Source of the DNA: Verrucomicrobiia bacterium
GTDB lineage: Bacteria; Verrucomicrobiota; Verrucomicrobiia; Verrucomicrobiales; Akkermansiaceae
NCBI GenBank assembly: GCA_947460915.1
Contig: CANHKJ010000001.1
Coordinates: 1-48,152, forward strand
DNA: 48,152 bases
Direction of reading: 5' to 3'
Shown: positions 1 to 8,633 of the stretch, in pieces
Position numbering within the stretch: position 1 is the stretch's first letter
Layout: the number at the start of each line of letters is the position of its first letter
The notes under the pieces: model-generated
The model's database searches: none
What the model was told of the DNA's origin: nothing
The model's input: the letters and a program-made list of their open reading frames with translations, nothing else
Translations under genes and position numbers: made by a program

Positions 1-633
1 CCGCTGCCACTCAGCGCAGCTTATGTGTTAGGAAATAGCGCCACCATCACTTGGCTGTCGAATGCTGGGCCAGACGATGCCATTTCTCACTATCTCGTGA
101 GCATCGGCACCACGCAGGGAGGCAATCAACTCATCGACCAGGCAGTGGTGCCTGCGGCTCAATTTTCCTACAGCTTTACGGGCAACATTGGCACGGTGTA
201 TTATGCGAGCATCAAAGCTGTTTCTGCGGCGGGAGTTGCCTCGAGTGTCGCCGCGATGACCGATGCGGGAGCTCCGAACATGGCATCGACGAGCTCGCCG
301 ATGATTTTGTTAGATCCGCTTGCTGATAACGATGGCGACTCCGTGAGCAATGCTGATGAAGACATCGCAGGCACCAATCCTTTGCTCAATACTTCGCGTC
401 TCGCCATTTCTGCGATCACTCGCAGTGGTGCTGATGTTGTGCTCACATTCCCGAGCATTTCTGGTCGCTACTATCGACTGGAAACCAGCACTAGCCTTGC
501 GCCGAATTCGTGGAGTTTCGTTTCGAACAGCACCATGGCCACAAGCAACAGTGGAAGCTTTACCCATACAAACGGTGGCAGTGATCCTAAGCGCTTTTAT
601 CGCATCCGAGTTTCGACTACGCCAATTTTTTAG
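1..633 (+). CDS. C-terminal part of a large secreted/surface protein (5' end lies outside the window). It has an FN3-like beta domain, a thrombospondin-type-3-like acidic Ca-binding motif, and a terminal beta domain ending RFYRIRV
   Basis: Frame 1 is open from base 1 to the TAG at 631-633. The ORF-track piece 25..633 starts at an internal GTG. Motif DNDGDSVSNADEDIAGTNP is present. No upstream stop is visible, so I treat it as 5'-truncated. Confidence 0.55.
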   Translation, partial: PLPLSAAYVLGNSATITWLSNAGPDDAISHYLVSIGTTQGGNQLIDQAVVPAAQFSYSFTGNIGTVYYASIKAVSAAGVASSVAAMTDAGAPNMASTSSPMILLDPLADNDGDSVSNADEDIAGTNPLLNTSRLAISAITRSGADVVLTFPSISGRYYRLETSTSLAPNSWSFVSNSTMATSNSGSFTHTNGGSDPKRFYRIRVSTTPIF

Positions 634-668
634 CAAATGGCACTGGGCTGAAGTAGCGCGGAAATGTC

Positions 669-2321
669 TTAGGCTTCGAGCAGGCTCTTGGCCATCGCGC
701 GGGCGGATTCGCCGCCGCCGCCGAGCATGCGCACGAGCTCATGGATGCGCGCTTCTCCCGTTACAGGGAAAAGACGTGAGCGGGTGCGGCCGTGGCTGAT
801 TTCTTTTTCGACGACGAAATGTCGTGCTGCGGTTGCTGCCACTTGCGGGAAGTGGGTGATGGCGATCACCTGGTGTCTCGCACCGAGCACGGCCATCTTG
901 CGACCCACGGCTTTGGCAACCTCGCCGCCGACGTTGGCATCGATCTCATCGAAGACCATCAATGGCGTCGCATCTTGATCGGCGAGTGCACTCTTCACGG
1001 CCAACATAACGCGGCTGATTTCACCGCTGGAGGCTACTTGGCGCAGCGGATGAAGTGGTTCGCCTGGGTTCGGTCCAAAGAGGAAATCGGTGGACTCCAT
1101 GCCGTGCGAGGAGGGATCGTTGAGGGCGGTGAGGGAAATCTCGAAGGCTGATTGCTTGAAGCCGAGGTCCTTGAGTTGCGCAGCAATTTCCTTGGCTAGC
1201 TTCGGTGCTGCCTTGCGGCGAGTGCTGCTGAGCTTGTTGGCGGCGGCATCGAGTTGGCTGCGCAGCTCGGTGATTTGTGCTTGCAGGAGATCGAGCTTTT
1301 CCCCGCGATTCTCGATGTTGTCGAGTCCGTTGCTGGCCTCATCGCGGGCCAGCAAGATGTTGGCAATGCTGCCACCGTATTTGCGCTTGAGCGACTCTAG
1401 CAGATTGACGCGCTCTTCCAACGCGGCTGCTTCCTCGGGATTGATTTCGAGTTCATCGAGATAATCGGAGAGAGTGCTTTCGAGTTCTTGCAGCTCTACA
1501 ACTGCGGTCTCCAGCCCAGTGCAGCGTTCGCCGATTGATGGATCAAGTTTTTCCAGATCGCGGATGTGGCGTTGCAGTTCGCTGAGGCGGGTGAGAATGC
1601 CATCATCTTCGCCCGCAAGCAGAGCCATGGCGGCAGAGGTGTTTTCTAACAAACGCGCGGCACTATTGGCGCGGCGGTAGCGATTCATCAGCTCGGTTTC
1701 TTCATCGGCCTGAAAATTGGCGGCGTCGATTTCATCGACTTGATGACGCAGGAGATCCAGCTCACGGGTGGAGACGGCATCGGCATTGCACAGTTCTTCC
1801 CACTCGGCGACCTTTTGCTTCCACTGTTGCCATTGGCCGCGGTATTGGCTGACTAGCGAATCGGCATTGGCGTAGGCATCGAGCATGGCCATTTGGCGAT
1901 CGGTGGAGAGCAGCGATTGGTGATCGTGAGGACCATGTAGATCGACGAGGTGCTCGCCGAGTTTTTTCAAAAGCCCGAGCGTGACGGGGGAGTCATTGAT
2001 GAATTGACGGGTGTTGGATTGGCCGATGACGCGGCGAATGATCAGGTCGTCATCAGGGAAAAAATCGAGCGCATTTTCGGCGAGGATCGCTTGGATCTCC
2101 TCGGCAGTGCTCAGGGAAAATACGGCTTCTACGGTGCAGGATTCTTCTCCTGTGCGGATCAGTGATTTATCGGCGCGTTCCCCTAACACGAGCTTGAGTG
2201 CGCCAACGATGACGGATTTTCCTGCTCCAGTCTCACCGGTGACGCTGATGAGTCCGCGATCGAGTTCCCAAGAAAGCTCATCGACGAGGGCTAGGTTGCG
2301 AATTTTTAACAGAGTGAGCAT
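669..2321 (-). CDS. recN: DNA repair protein RecN
   Basis: 550 aa. N-terminus MLTLLKIRNLALVDELSWEL..., Walker A GETGAGKS, a long coiled-coil middle, and a C-terminal SGGE...MVFDEIDANVGG signature / Walker B arrangement typical of RecN (SMC-like). Confidence 0.93.
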   Translation of the reverse strand: MLTLLKIRNLALVDELSWELDRGLISVTGETGAGKSVIVGALKLVLGERADKSLIRTGEESCTVEAVFSLSTAEEIQAILAENALDFFPDDDLIIRRVIGQSNTRQFINDSPVTLGLLKKLGEHLVDLHGPHDHQSLLSTDRQMAMLDAYANADSLVSQYRGQWQQWKQKVAEWEELCNADAVSTRELDLLRHQVDEIDAANFQADEETELMNRYRRANSAARLLENTSAAMALLAGEDDGILTRLSELQRHIRDLEKLDPSIGERCTGLETAVVELQELESTLSDYLDELEINPEEAAALEERVNLLESLKRKYGGSIANILLARDEASNGLDNIENRGEKLDLLQAQITELRSQLDAAANKLSSTRRKAAPKLAKEIAAQLKDLGFKQSAFEISLTALNDPSSHGMESTDFLFGPNPGEPLHPLRQVASSGEISRVMLAVKSALADQDATPLMVFDEIDANVGGEVAKAVGRKMAVLGARHQVIAITHFPQVAATAARHFVVEKEISHGRTRSRLFPVTGEARIHELVRMLGGGGESARAMAKSLLEA

Positions 2322-2387
2322 GCGTGTTTTTTGTTGAGAAAATGGTTAGCGCAGAGTGGGGCGGTGATCAATCGGGATTTTGTGAAA

Positions 2388-4805
2388 TTATTCCTCGATC
2401 GGAACCGCGCGGAGTGGTGTGCGACCTTGGCCTTGCGGAAGATCGTTTTCTTCTACGGGTTGGGCGCGGAGGGGGCGATTGCTTGGTTGATTGGGATCTT
2501 CGACAGGGATGGCGCGGATCGGACGATCGAGCGGTCTCGGTGCGCTATTTCCTGCATCGGAGTCATCGAGCGGCACGGCGCGAATCGGATGGATCGGGCA
2601 ATAGTCATTTTCTGCGGGCAAGCTATCGGGATGCACTTGATCGACGTACGAAGTATTCGCGGCGTGGCAGCCTTCGGTGGCACGCTTGCCTGAAGAACGG
2701 CATAAGGTGCAGGAAACGAGGCCAGTCTCGGGTGTCATTTCAGTAAAAGGATTGGCCTTATAGCCAAGGCGGTCGGCCGTTTTCATGATGTCCACCCAGA
2801 TCGGTAGGGCGAGAGTGGCGCCGTAGCCTCCGGAAACAGTGCGCGTCGAGTCATCCATGCCGCACCATACGGCGCAGGTGAGCGAAGACGTATAGCCCGC
2901 GAACCAGGCATCTTTGAAATTGTTCGTAGTGCCTGTTTTGCCCGCGCATGGCTTGTCGAAGCCGAGTCGGCGAACGGCGGAAGCTGTGCCGCTGGTGGTG
3001 ACTTCTTGGAGGATGCGCGAGACCGAGTAGGCTGAGCCTGGTGAGCCAGCCTGGAAGGGCAGAGTATCGGTCTGATACACAATCTCGCCACTGCGTTTGC
3101 GGATCGAGGAAATCAAATAGGGTCGATAGCGGACGCCGCCGTTAGGGAGCATCGAGTAGGCAGAGGCAACTTGATAGGGCGTGGCCTCCCATGAGCCGAG
3201 ATAGGAGGAGGGCGTGGGTGGTAGATCGACATTGAATGCCTGCGTGCAGACATTCGCAACGTTATCGAATCCAGCGTAGTTGCCGACGCGCACGGACATG
3301 GTGTTGCGGGATTTGATCAGGCCATAAGAAACGGGGTGATTGCCGCCGTAGGTGCCGTCGGAGTTTTTGGGATGCCAGCTTGCGGGGGCTCCTTTGATTT
3401 CGCCAGCAGAGATGTAGGAGTCGGAGATCATGGTGTTCGGGCGTAGGCCTTTGTCGAACGCTGCGAGATAGACAAAAGGTTTGAACACGGAACCGATTTG
3501 GCGCTTGGCTTGGATTGCGCGATTGAATTTAGATTCATCGGCAGAGCGACCACCGACGAAGGCGAGCACTTGTCCGGAGTGGTTCTCGATGACCACGGCA
3601 GCACCTTGGATGTAGGCGGTGGGTGTTTTTTTCCCTTCGGGAATGGACTGCCACTTGGCGCGGGTCTGGTGTGGATAACCAGAGGTTCTTTCGATTTTGG
3701 AGAGCGATGCCTCGACGGCTTCTTCAGCTTTGGTCTGGATGAGTTGATCGATGGTGGTGCTGATGATCAACCCGCCGAGCTCGATGTTTTCTTTTTCGAG
3801 AATGATTTCCAGATCGCGGCGGATGGCATCGAGGGCGTAGGACTCGCGGATTTTGCGGCGATTGGCAGGTCGGATGTCGAGCGTTTGCAGCTTGGCGGCT
3901 GCGGCTTGCTCGGCACTGATGACTTCGGCGGTGACCATGCGATCAAGCGTGCTATTGCGCTCGCGGATGGCGGCCTCCATGTTGTTGAAGGGATTGAAGG
4001 CATCGGGGCCACGAACGATGCCTGCGAGCATGGCGGACTCGGAAAGATTGAGCTCGGAGGCATTTTTTTCAAAGTAAATGCGCGATGCCTCTTGGATGCC
4101 GCGGATGGAACGGCCCCAGTTGATCGAGTTCAGATAGGCCTCTAACACTTTATCCTTGGTGCCGAGATAGGACTCAATGCGGTAGGCGATGGCGATTTCC
4201 AAAAACTTGCGGTCGATTTGTTGCCAGAGGCTTTTCTTTTCGCCATAGCGCTTGAGCTTGAAAACATCCGAGGCGAGCTGTTGGGTGATGGTAGATGCGC
4301 CCTCGCGTTTGCCTTGGAGGTTTTTCAAAAACGCGCGGACGATGCCGATGGGGTCGAAGGCGCCGTGTTGATAAAAGCGTTCGTCCTCGCGTGCGAGAAT
4401 GGCTTTGCGGAAATCGGGTGCGACTTGGTCAAGTGAGATGATGTCGCGGATCTCGCCGTGGAGTCGTGCGAGCTCGGTGCCGCGGCGGTCGAGAATGATC
4501 GAGCGCTCGGGCATTTCATGAATTTTTCCGAGATCGTATTGCTTCGAGCGGAGTCCGTAAACAATGCTCAAAAACACCAACACATAGAGCCCTGCGATGG
4601 CGGGATCTCCGATCAGGCGGAGCAGGAAACGAATGGGCGTCGAGTAATTTCGGATGACGAAATGGAACAAGTGGAAGGGCCAGAAAACAAGGAGTGATCC
4701 CAGTGATTTTGGCTGGTGCTCGGGCTCACGTGAGCGCCTGCTGCGGGTGGCAGCGCTGTGTGTTTTGCTGGACTTGGATGATGGGCTTGGAGTGGTGCGC
4801 GCCAT
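2388..4805 (-). CDS. Class A penicillin-binding protein (bifunctional glycosyltransferase/transpeptidase, PBP1A-type) with an unusual C-terminal extension
   Basis: 805 aa. Basic cytoplasmic N-terminus followed by a TM segment. GT51 motifs REDERFYQHGAFD and GASTITQQL. Transpeptidase motifs SVFKP, SRN and KTGTT. Confidence 0.9.
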   Translation of the reverse strand: MARTTPSPSSKSSKTHSAATRSRRSREPEHQPKSLGSLLVFWPFHLFHFVIRNYSTPIRFLLRLIGDPAIAGLYVLVFLSIVYGLRSKQYDLGKIHEMPERSIILDRRGTELARLHGEIRDIISLDQVAPDFRKAILAREDERFYQHGAFDPIGIVRAFLKNLQGKREGASTITQQLASDVFKLKRYGEKKSLWQQIDRKFLEIAIAYRIESYLGTKDKVLEAYLNSINWGRSIRGIQEASRIYFEKNASELNLSESAMLAGIVRGPDAFNPFNNMEAAIRERNSTLDRMVTAEVISAEQAAAAKLQTLDIRPANRRKIRESYALDAIRRDLEIILEKENIELGGLIISTTIDQLIQTKAEEAVEASLSKIERTSGYPHQTRAKWQSIPEGKKTPTAYIQGAAVVIENHSGQVLAFVGGRSADESKFNRAIQAKRQIGSVFKPFVYLAAFDKGLRPNTMISDSYISAGEIKGAPASWHPKNSDGTYGGNHPVSYGLIKSRNTMSVRVGNYAGFDNVANVCTQAFNVDLPPTPSSYLGSWEATPYQVASAYSMLPNGGVRYRPYLISSIRKRSGEIVYQTDTLPFQAGSPGSAYSVSRILQEVTTSGTASAVRRLGFDKPCAGKTGTTNNFKDAWFAGYTSSLTCAVWCGMDDSTRTVSGGYGATLALPIWVDIMKTADRLGYKANPFTEMTPETGLVSCTLCRSSGKRATEGCHAANTSYVDQVHPDSLPAENDYCPIHPIRAVPLDDSDAGNSAPRPLDRPIRAIPVEDPNQPSNRPLRAQPVEENDLPQGQGRTPLRAVPIEE

Positions 4806-4921
4806 AGAAAATTCTTTCGCCGCAGAGTAGGCGGGATTGGCGCAAAGAGCGAGAGCGATTTTGTGAAAAATCGGTGAAGAAGATCCTTATTCTCGAACTC
4901 GCTGATGAGTTAGTAGAATGA

Positions 4922-5710
4922 TTAGATTGTCATCGCGTGGAACCCACCATCGACGATCATTTCATGACCGGTGATGAATGAGCCTGCGGTGGATGAGGCG
5001 AGCAGCAGGGTGGCTCCGATCAATTCTTCGGCATTGCCGAAGCGTGATGCGGGAGTTTGACGCAGAATGTCGAGCACGCGTGATTCATCGAGCACCTTGC
5101 GGTTTTGCTCGGCGGGGAAAAAGCCCGGAACGAGAGTGTTGACGCGGATGTCTTTATCGGCCCACTCACGCGCAAGGTTTTTCGAGAGATTGTGCACCGC
5201 GGCTTTCGAGGCGGAGTAGGTGAACACGCGGGAAAGCGGGCTGAGGCCAGAAATGGAACCAAGATTGATGATCGAGGCGGGCTGGGAGTTATCGATGAAA
5301 TATTTGCCGAATACCTGGCAGGAACGGAACACCGCAGCGAGGTTGGTGTCCATGATGCGAGCGTATTCCTCCTCGGAGACTTCTAGAAATGGAGTAGGGG
5401 AATTGGTGCCTGCACCGTTGATGAGGATGTCCACTTGGCCTGAGCGCTCGATTACGGTATCAAGCAGATTTTGCAAGGACTCGCGGGAGGTCACATCGAC
5501 GGGCACGAAGTAGCCTTTGCCACCGTGCGAGGTGATCTCGGCGAGGCGACGCTCGGCTTTCTCGGGGATGCGACCGCCGAGCACGACTTCGGCACCTGCG
5601 CGAGCGAGGCCGACTGCCATCGTGCCGCAGAGTTCGCCAGTGCCGCCGATGACGACTGCGACTTTGCCTGTGAGATCGAAGAGGGATTTGAGGAAGCTGG
5701 TAGTTTGCAT
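4922..5710 (-). CDS. Short-chain dehydrogenase/reductase (SDR) family oxidoreductase
   Basis: Rossmann motif [14 protein letters not shown]-like ([10 protein letters not shown]), NGAG, and catalytic YSASK. The start is placed at the internal ATG (MQTTSF...) at 5710. The longer ORF to 5782 adds a non-homologous leader. Confidence 0.8.
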   Translation of the reverse strand: MQTTSFLKSLFDLTGKVAVVIGGTGELCGTMAVGLARAGAEVVLGGRIPEKAERRLAEITSHGGKGYFVPVDVTSRESLQNLLDTVIERSGQVDILINGAGTNSPTPFLEVSEEEYARIMDTNLAAVFRSCQVFGKYFIDNSQPASIINLGSISGLSPLSRVFTYSASKAAVHNLSKNLAREWADKDIRVNTLVPGFFPAEQNRKVLDESRVLDILRQTPASRFGNAEELIGATLLLASSTAGSFITGHEMIVDGGFHAMTI

Positions 5711-5894
5711 GGTGTCAAAAATAGGTTGCTGGCAGGCACTGTGAACGCTGTAGGGGATTTTGCAAAGGGTAAAGTCGATCATGTCGCAAGTTGCGTGCGT
5801 CGAGAATCAGGCAGAGAGTCGCAGAAAAAATCCCCGATGCTGGGTGGTTTGCTGTTGCGCCCGACGGGAGATACTGGTTCTCTGTGCGTCGAAT

Positions 5895-6365
5895 ATGATT
5901 GGAATTGGATATGATGTGCATCGTTTTGCGGAGAACCGTCCGCTGATTTTGGGTGGTGTAGAAATTCCTCACACCATGGGATTGGACGGTCACTCGGATG
6001 CGGATGTCTTGTGTCACGCCGTAGCAGATGCCGTGCTCGGTGCGCTCGGCGAGCCTGACATCGGTTTCTTTTTTCCTCCGGGAGACCCTGCTTGTAAGGG
6101 GATTTCTTCCCTGAAAATTCTCGAAAAATGCCGCCAGCGCTGCGAGGAATTGGGGTATCGACTGGTCAACATCGATTCCACCATCATCGCCGAGGCTCCG
6201 AAGGTGCTGCCACATCGCGATGCCATGCGTCAAGCCATGGGCACCGCACTCCAGCTCGACCCTGCGCGGGTAGGCATCAAGGCCACAACTAACGAAACCA
6301 TGGGCTTCGTCGGTCGCAAAGAAGGCATCGCCGCCATGGCCGTGGCGATGTTAGTGCCGTTGTGA
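5895..6365 (+). CDS. ispF: 2-C-methyl-D-erythritol 2,4-cyclodiphosphate synthase
   Basis: MIGIGYDVHRF...GHSDADVLCHA...DIG...NIDSTIIAEAPK...KATTNE, the full-length IspF signature. The ATG at 5895 gives the canonical length (156 aa). The ORF-track start at 5760 is an unlikely extension. Confidence 0.93.
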   Translation: MIGIGYDVHRFAENRPLILGGVEIPHTMGLDGHSDADVLCHAVADAVLGALGEPDIGFFFPPGDPACKGISSLKILEKCRQRCEELGYRLVNIDSTIIAEAPKVLPHRDAMRQAMGTALQLDPARVGIKATTNETMGFVGRKEGIAAMAVAMLVPL

Positions 6366-6793
6366 GTTTTGATTTCTAGCGGATTTGAGAGTAAAGCCGC
6401 TGCTCGATGGTTATCGGGGATCAATCGCGCAGCGTTGTGAAGATCTCTATATCCTGCCATGGGCTGGGAAATGAGACATCTCGAAGCCATGAATGTGGCC
6501 GAAATGGTTGTTTCGAGAGGGTGTAGTGGGGGGATGTGCGATCACGCAAAATGGAAACAATGCACTTTTCCAAGGATTGATTGCATTTTGTTTCTCAGCT
6601 TGCGAATAATTCTTCTGTTTTTGGTTGCGTTAAGCATCTATTTTAGTTACATGGATGGCGTGCGCTCGCTGTGCATGGCACGTTTTTCTATTGCGACATA
6701 CTCGCAAGGGGTCGAACGAAATGCTGAGAGTCTTAACGGCGTCTGCGCGCGGCCAATAACAGCTTTGCGAGGCGGATATGAAGAAGATCTCAT

Positions 6794-6847
6794 AAATAGA
6801 GTCATGAACGAGTGCTAGGATAAGAGTATTTGTAAATGACTCTATTT
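6794..6847. repeat. Perfect 12 bp inverted repeat (AAATAGAGTCAT / ATGACTCTATTT) with a 30 nt spacer. The right arm runs into a T tract
   Basis: Read directly: 6794-6805 is the exact reverse complement of 6836-6847, followed by tt at 6848-6849. It lies in a gene-poor gap. Confidence 0.7.
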
Positions 6848-7068
6848 TTGAAGCCTGGCGTTGCTGCACGCGAAATGGTTTTTCTCTGAGAGTTTCCACG
6901 GTTGAAGTCGGGGATGGCTCTAGGTGCGATGATCAAATCAACTGGTATTTTTGATGTTTTTTAGTGATTCAGGGTTGAATCGTTTTTGGTGGCTTAGGCT
7001 AGCGTTGATTTCAGCACCTACCCACCCTAATCATCGCTTAAGCGCTGGCCCGATTTCCTGGGTCCCGC

Positions 7069-7308
7069 TCAGTTGAAGTCAACGTCGTCGATGATGGAGC
7101 CGGGAATAAGTTCGATACCATTGTGACCGAAGTCTGCTTGACCGTAAGTGCCTCCAACGAACCAACCGCCGAGTCTAGGCGCTGGCGCAGAGGGGGATAT
7201 CACTTCTTTGGAGGATCCACCTGCAAATGGGGTGGTTGTCATGGATACAGCTGTAGTAATTGGTGGTAGTAGTTTGATATTGTTAGCCGTATAGTGACTA
7301 AGGCTCAT
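7069..7308 (-). CDS. Doubtful small ORF (79 aa). Its C-terminal half resembles the first strands of an outer-membrane beta-barrel. Possible gene remnant
   Basis: ATG start but no Shine-Dalgarno-like sequence and no signal peptide. The segment GGWFVGGTYGQADFG is reminiscent of OMP beta-barrel N-termini. No continuation is visible downstream. Confidence 0.2.
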   Translation of the reverse strand: MSLSHYTANNIKLLPPITTAVSMTTTPFAGGSSKEVISPSAPAPRLGGWFVGGTYGQADFGHNGIELIPGSIIDDVDFN

Positions 7309-7392
7309 CCGGCAAACGGTTTTTGGAGAATTTTTTGCAGTTCCGCGGGCAAATGAATTGCTTGCTGAAGGGAAGTGCTTACAATCCGCTGC

Positions 7393-8469
7393 ATGCGCAC
7401 CTTGTTTCTACTCACAATTATTGTTAGCCTAATTAACTCTAGCGTCTTTGCTCAGAGTGTTGCCATGGCTGATGGACTTCGCAAGGAGTTTAAGGGGAAG
7501 ATGGATGTCTGGACGCTAAGTTTGAGTGCCGCTAAGACGAGAGAGGCTCAGCAAAAACTCTGGGATCAGCGTCCTTCTGGTGATGAATATGCAAAAAAAA
7601 TCTGGAGCGCTCTTCGTGGTTCTCTGGATCAAGAGGCCTGTTTGGAGACAGCGAGTTGGTTGTTAAAATTGGTGCGCTCATTACCAGCGCAAGACGCTTC
7701 TCCTGATATCCTAGAACTACGTGCCGAGATTGTGCAGCAGGTGAGCGCAGTTGTTGAAAAACAACATTTGCGTAGTCCGCGTCTTGCTTCTATGTGCATG
7801 GGTTTAGTGGCTGTGGGCGATATGAGTTCGATGAAGTTGTTAGAGAGGATCGAAAAAGAAAATCCGGATCGTGCGGTACAAGGCGTTGCCGCACTGGGGG
7901 TTGCCATGTTGTTGGAGAGCTTGAGTGATGATGTGAAGACGATGAAGCGTCGTTTGAATCTGATCCGCAAAGCGATCATTGAAAGTGCGCATGTGGAGAT
8001 CGATGGGGTGACGATCGCGAAGCTTGCTGATGATCAGCTATATGTGATCCGTTATCTCACTAAAGGACGTGAGGCCCCTGATTTGAAAGGCATTGATGTG
8101 AGCGGTAATCCACTGAGCCTTTCCGAGCTCAAGGGAAAAGTGGTGGTGTTGATATTCTGGAACACGGCCATGGACGACTTCGAGCGTTTTCTCGACATTC
8201 ATCAGAAGCTAACAAAAAAGATGGAGGGCAAAAATTTTGCGTTGATAGGCGTGACGAATGACAGCTCGACGACGTTGCGCTTGCTGCAAGCAAACGGTTC
8301 TTTACCATGGCGCAATATCTGCGATGCGGATAGTGCTCTGGCGAAACAGTATCGCGTGCAATCTCGTCCCTTTGCCTATGTGCTCGATCAAAACCGGGTG
8401 ATTCAATACATGGGCAGTCCCGGCTCTTTCGCCGAGCTTACAGCGGATGCATTGATGCTGAATCCTTGA
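7393..8469 (+). CDS. Secreted two-domain protein: helical N-domain plus a TlpA/redoxin-like thioredoxin fold that lacks the CXXC active site
   Basis: Signal peptide MRTLFLLTIIVSLINSSVFAQ from the ATG at 7393. The C-terminal segment GKVVVLIFWNTAMDDFERF...ALIGVTND...YRVQSRPFAYVLDQNRVIQY follows the TlpA/ResA layout, but MDDF replaces CxxC. Confidence 0.65.
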   Translation: MRTLFLLTIIVSLINSSVFAQSVAMADGLRKEFKGKMDVWTLSLSAAKTREAQQKLWDQRPSGDEYAKKIWSALRGSLDQEACLETASWLLKLVRSLPAQDASPDILELRAEIVQQVSAVVEKQHLRSPRLASMCMGLVAVGDMSSMKLLERIEKENPDRAVQGVAALGVAMLLESLSDDVKTMKRRLNLIRKAIIESAHVEIDGVTIAKLADDQLYVIRYLTKGREAPDLKGIDVSGNPLSLSELKGKVVVLIFWNTAMDDFERFLDIHQKLTKKMEGKNFALIGVTNDSSTTLRLLQANGSLPWRNICDADSALAKQYRVQSRPFAYVLDQNRVIQYMGSPGSFAELTADALMLNP

Positions 8470-8529
8470 GCGATCTTGCGGCTTTCGTGTCGAGTGGAAA
8501 AATGATCGTATTTTCTACACGGTGGTTCC

Positions 8530-8557
8530 TTGCAGATTCGAGGATTCGATTTATAAT
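8530..8557 (+). promoter_or_regulatory. Sigma70-like promoter candidate: TTGCAG - 16 nt - TATAAT
   Basis: -35 element at 8530-8535 and a perfect -10 at 8552-8557. The spacer contains the direct repeat attcgagg/attcgatt. It lies upstream of the Zn-peptidase gene. Confidence 0.35.
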
Positions 8558-8633
8558 TTGAATCATGATCGAATTTGTTGCAATGATTCCTGCATGCTTA
8601 TCACAGACGACACCGACGGGGGGCTCGGGCTTT

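Noticed and set aside
5760-5894. N-terminal extensions suggested by the ORF track for ispF (5760), acs (42852), the AKR gene (43785), usp (37875), rpsM (14215) and batA (25178)
   Set aside because: In each case an internal ATG reproduces the canonical family N-terminus. The extensions have shadow-like composition or overlap neighbouring genes or promoters.
5715-6233. 172-aa minus-strand ORF overlapping ispF
   Set aside because: Antisense to a canonical ispF, with no recognisable motifs. Its start would lie inside the SDR/ispF divergent promoter region.
6480-6760. Possible riboswitch or structured RNA (a CTGAGA box and G-rich stretch reminiscent of TPP elements)
   Set aside because: Only isolated hexamers match. 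The order and spacing of the conserved TPP, cobalamin, RNase P, tmRNA or SRP signatures that I know are absent. This needs an Infernal scan before any claim.
6459-6818. 119-aa plus-strand ORF in the gene-poor gap
   Set aside because: Cys/Met-rich with odd composition, no motif, and it ends inside the loop of the 12 bp inverted repeat. I kept it only as part of the 'gap' finding, not as a gene.
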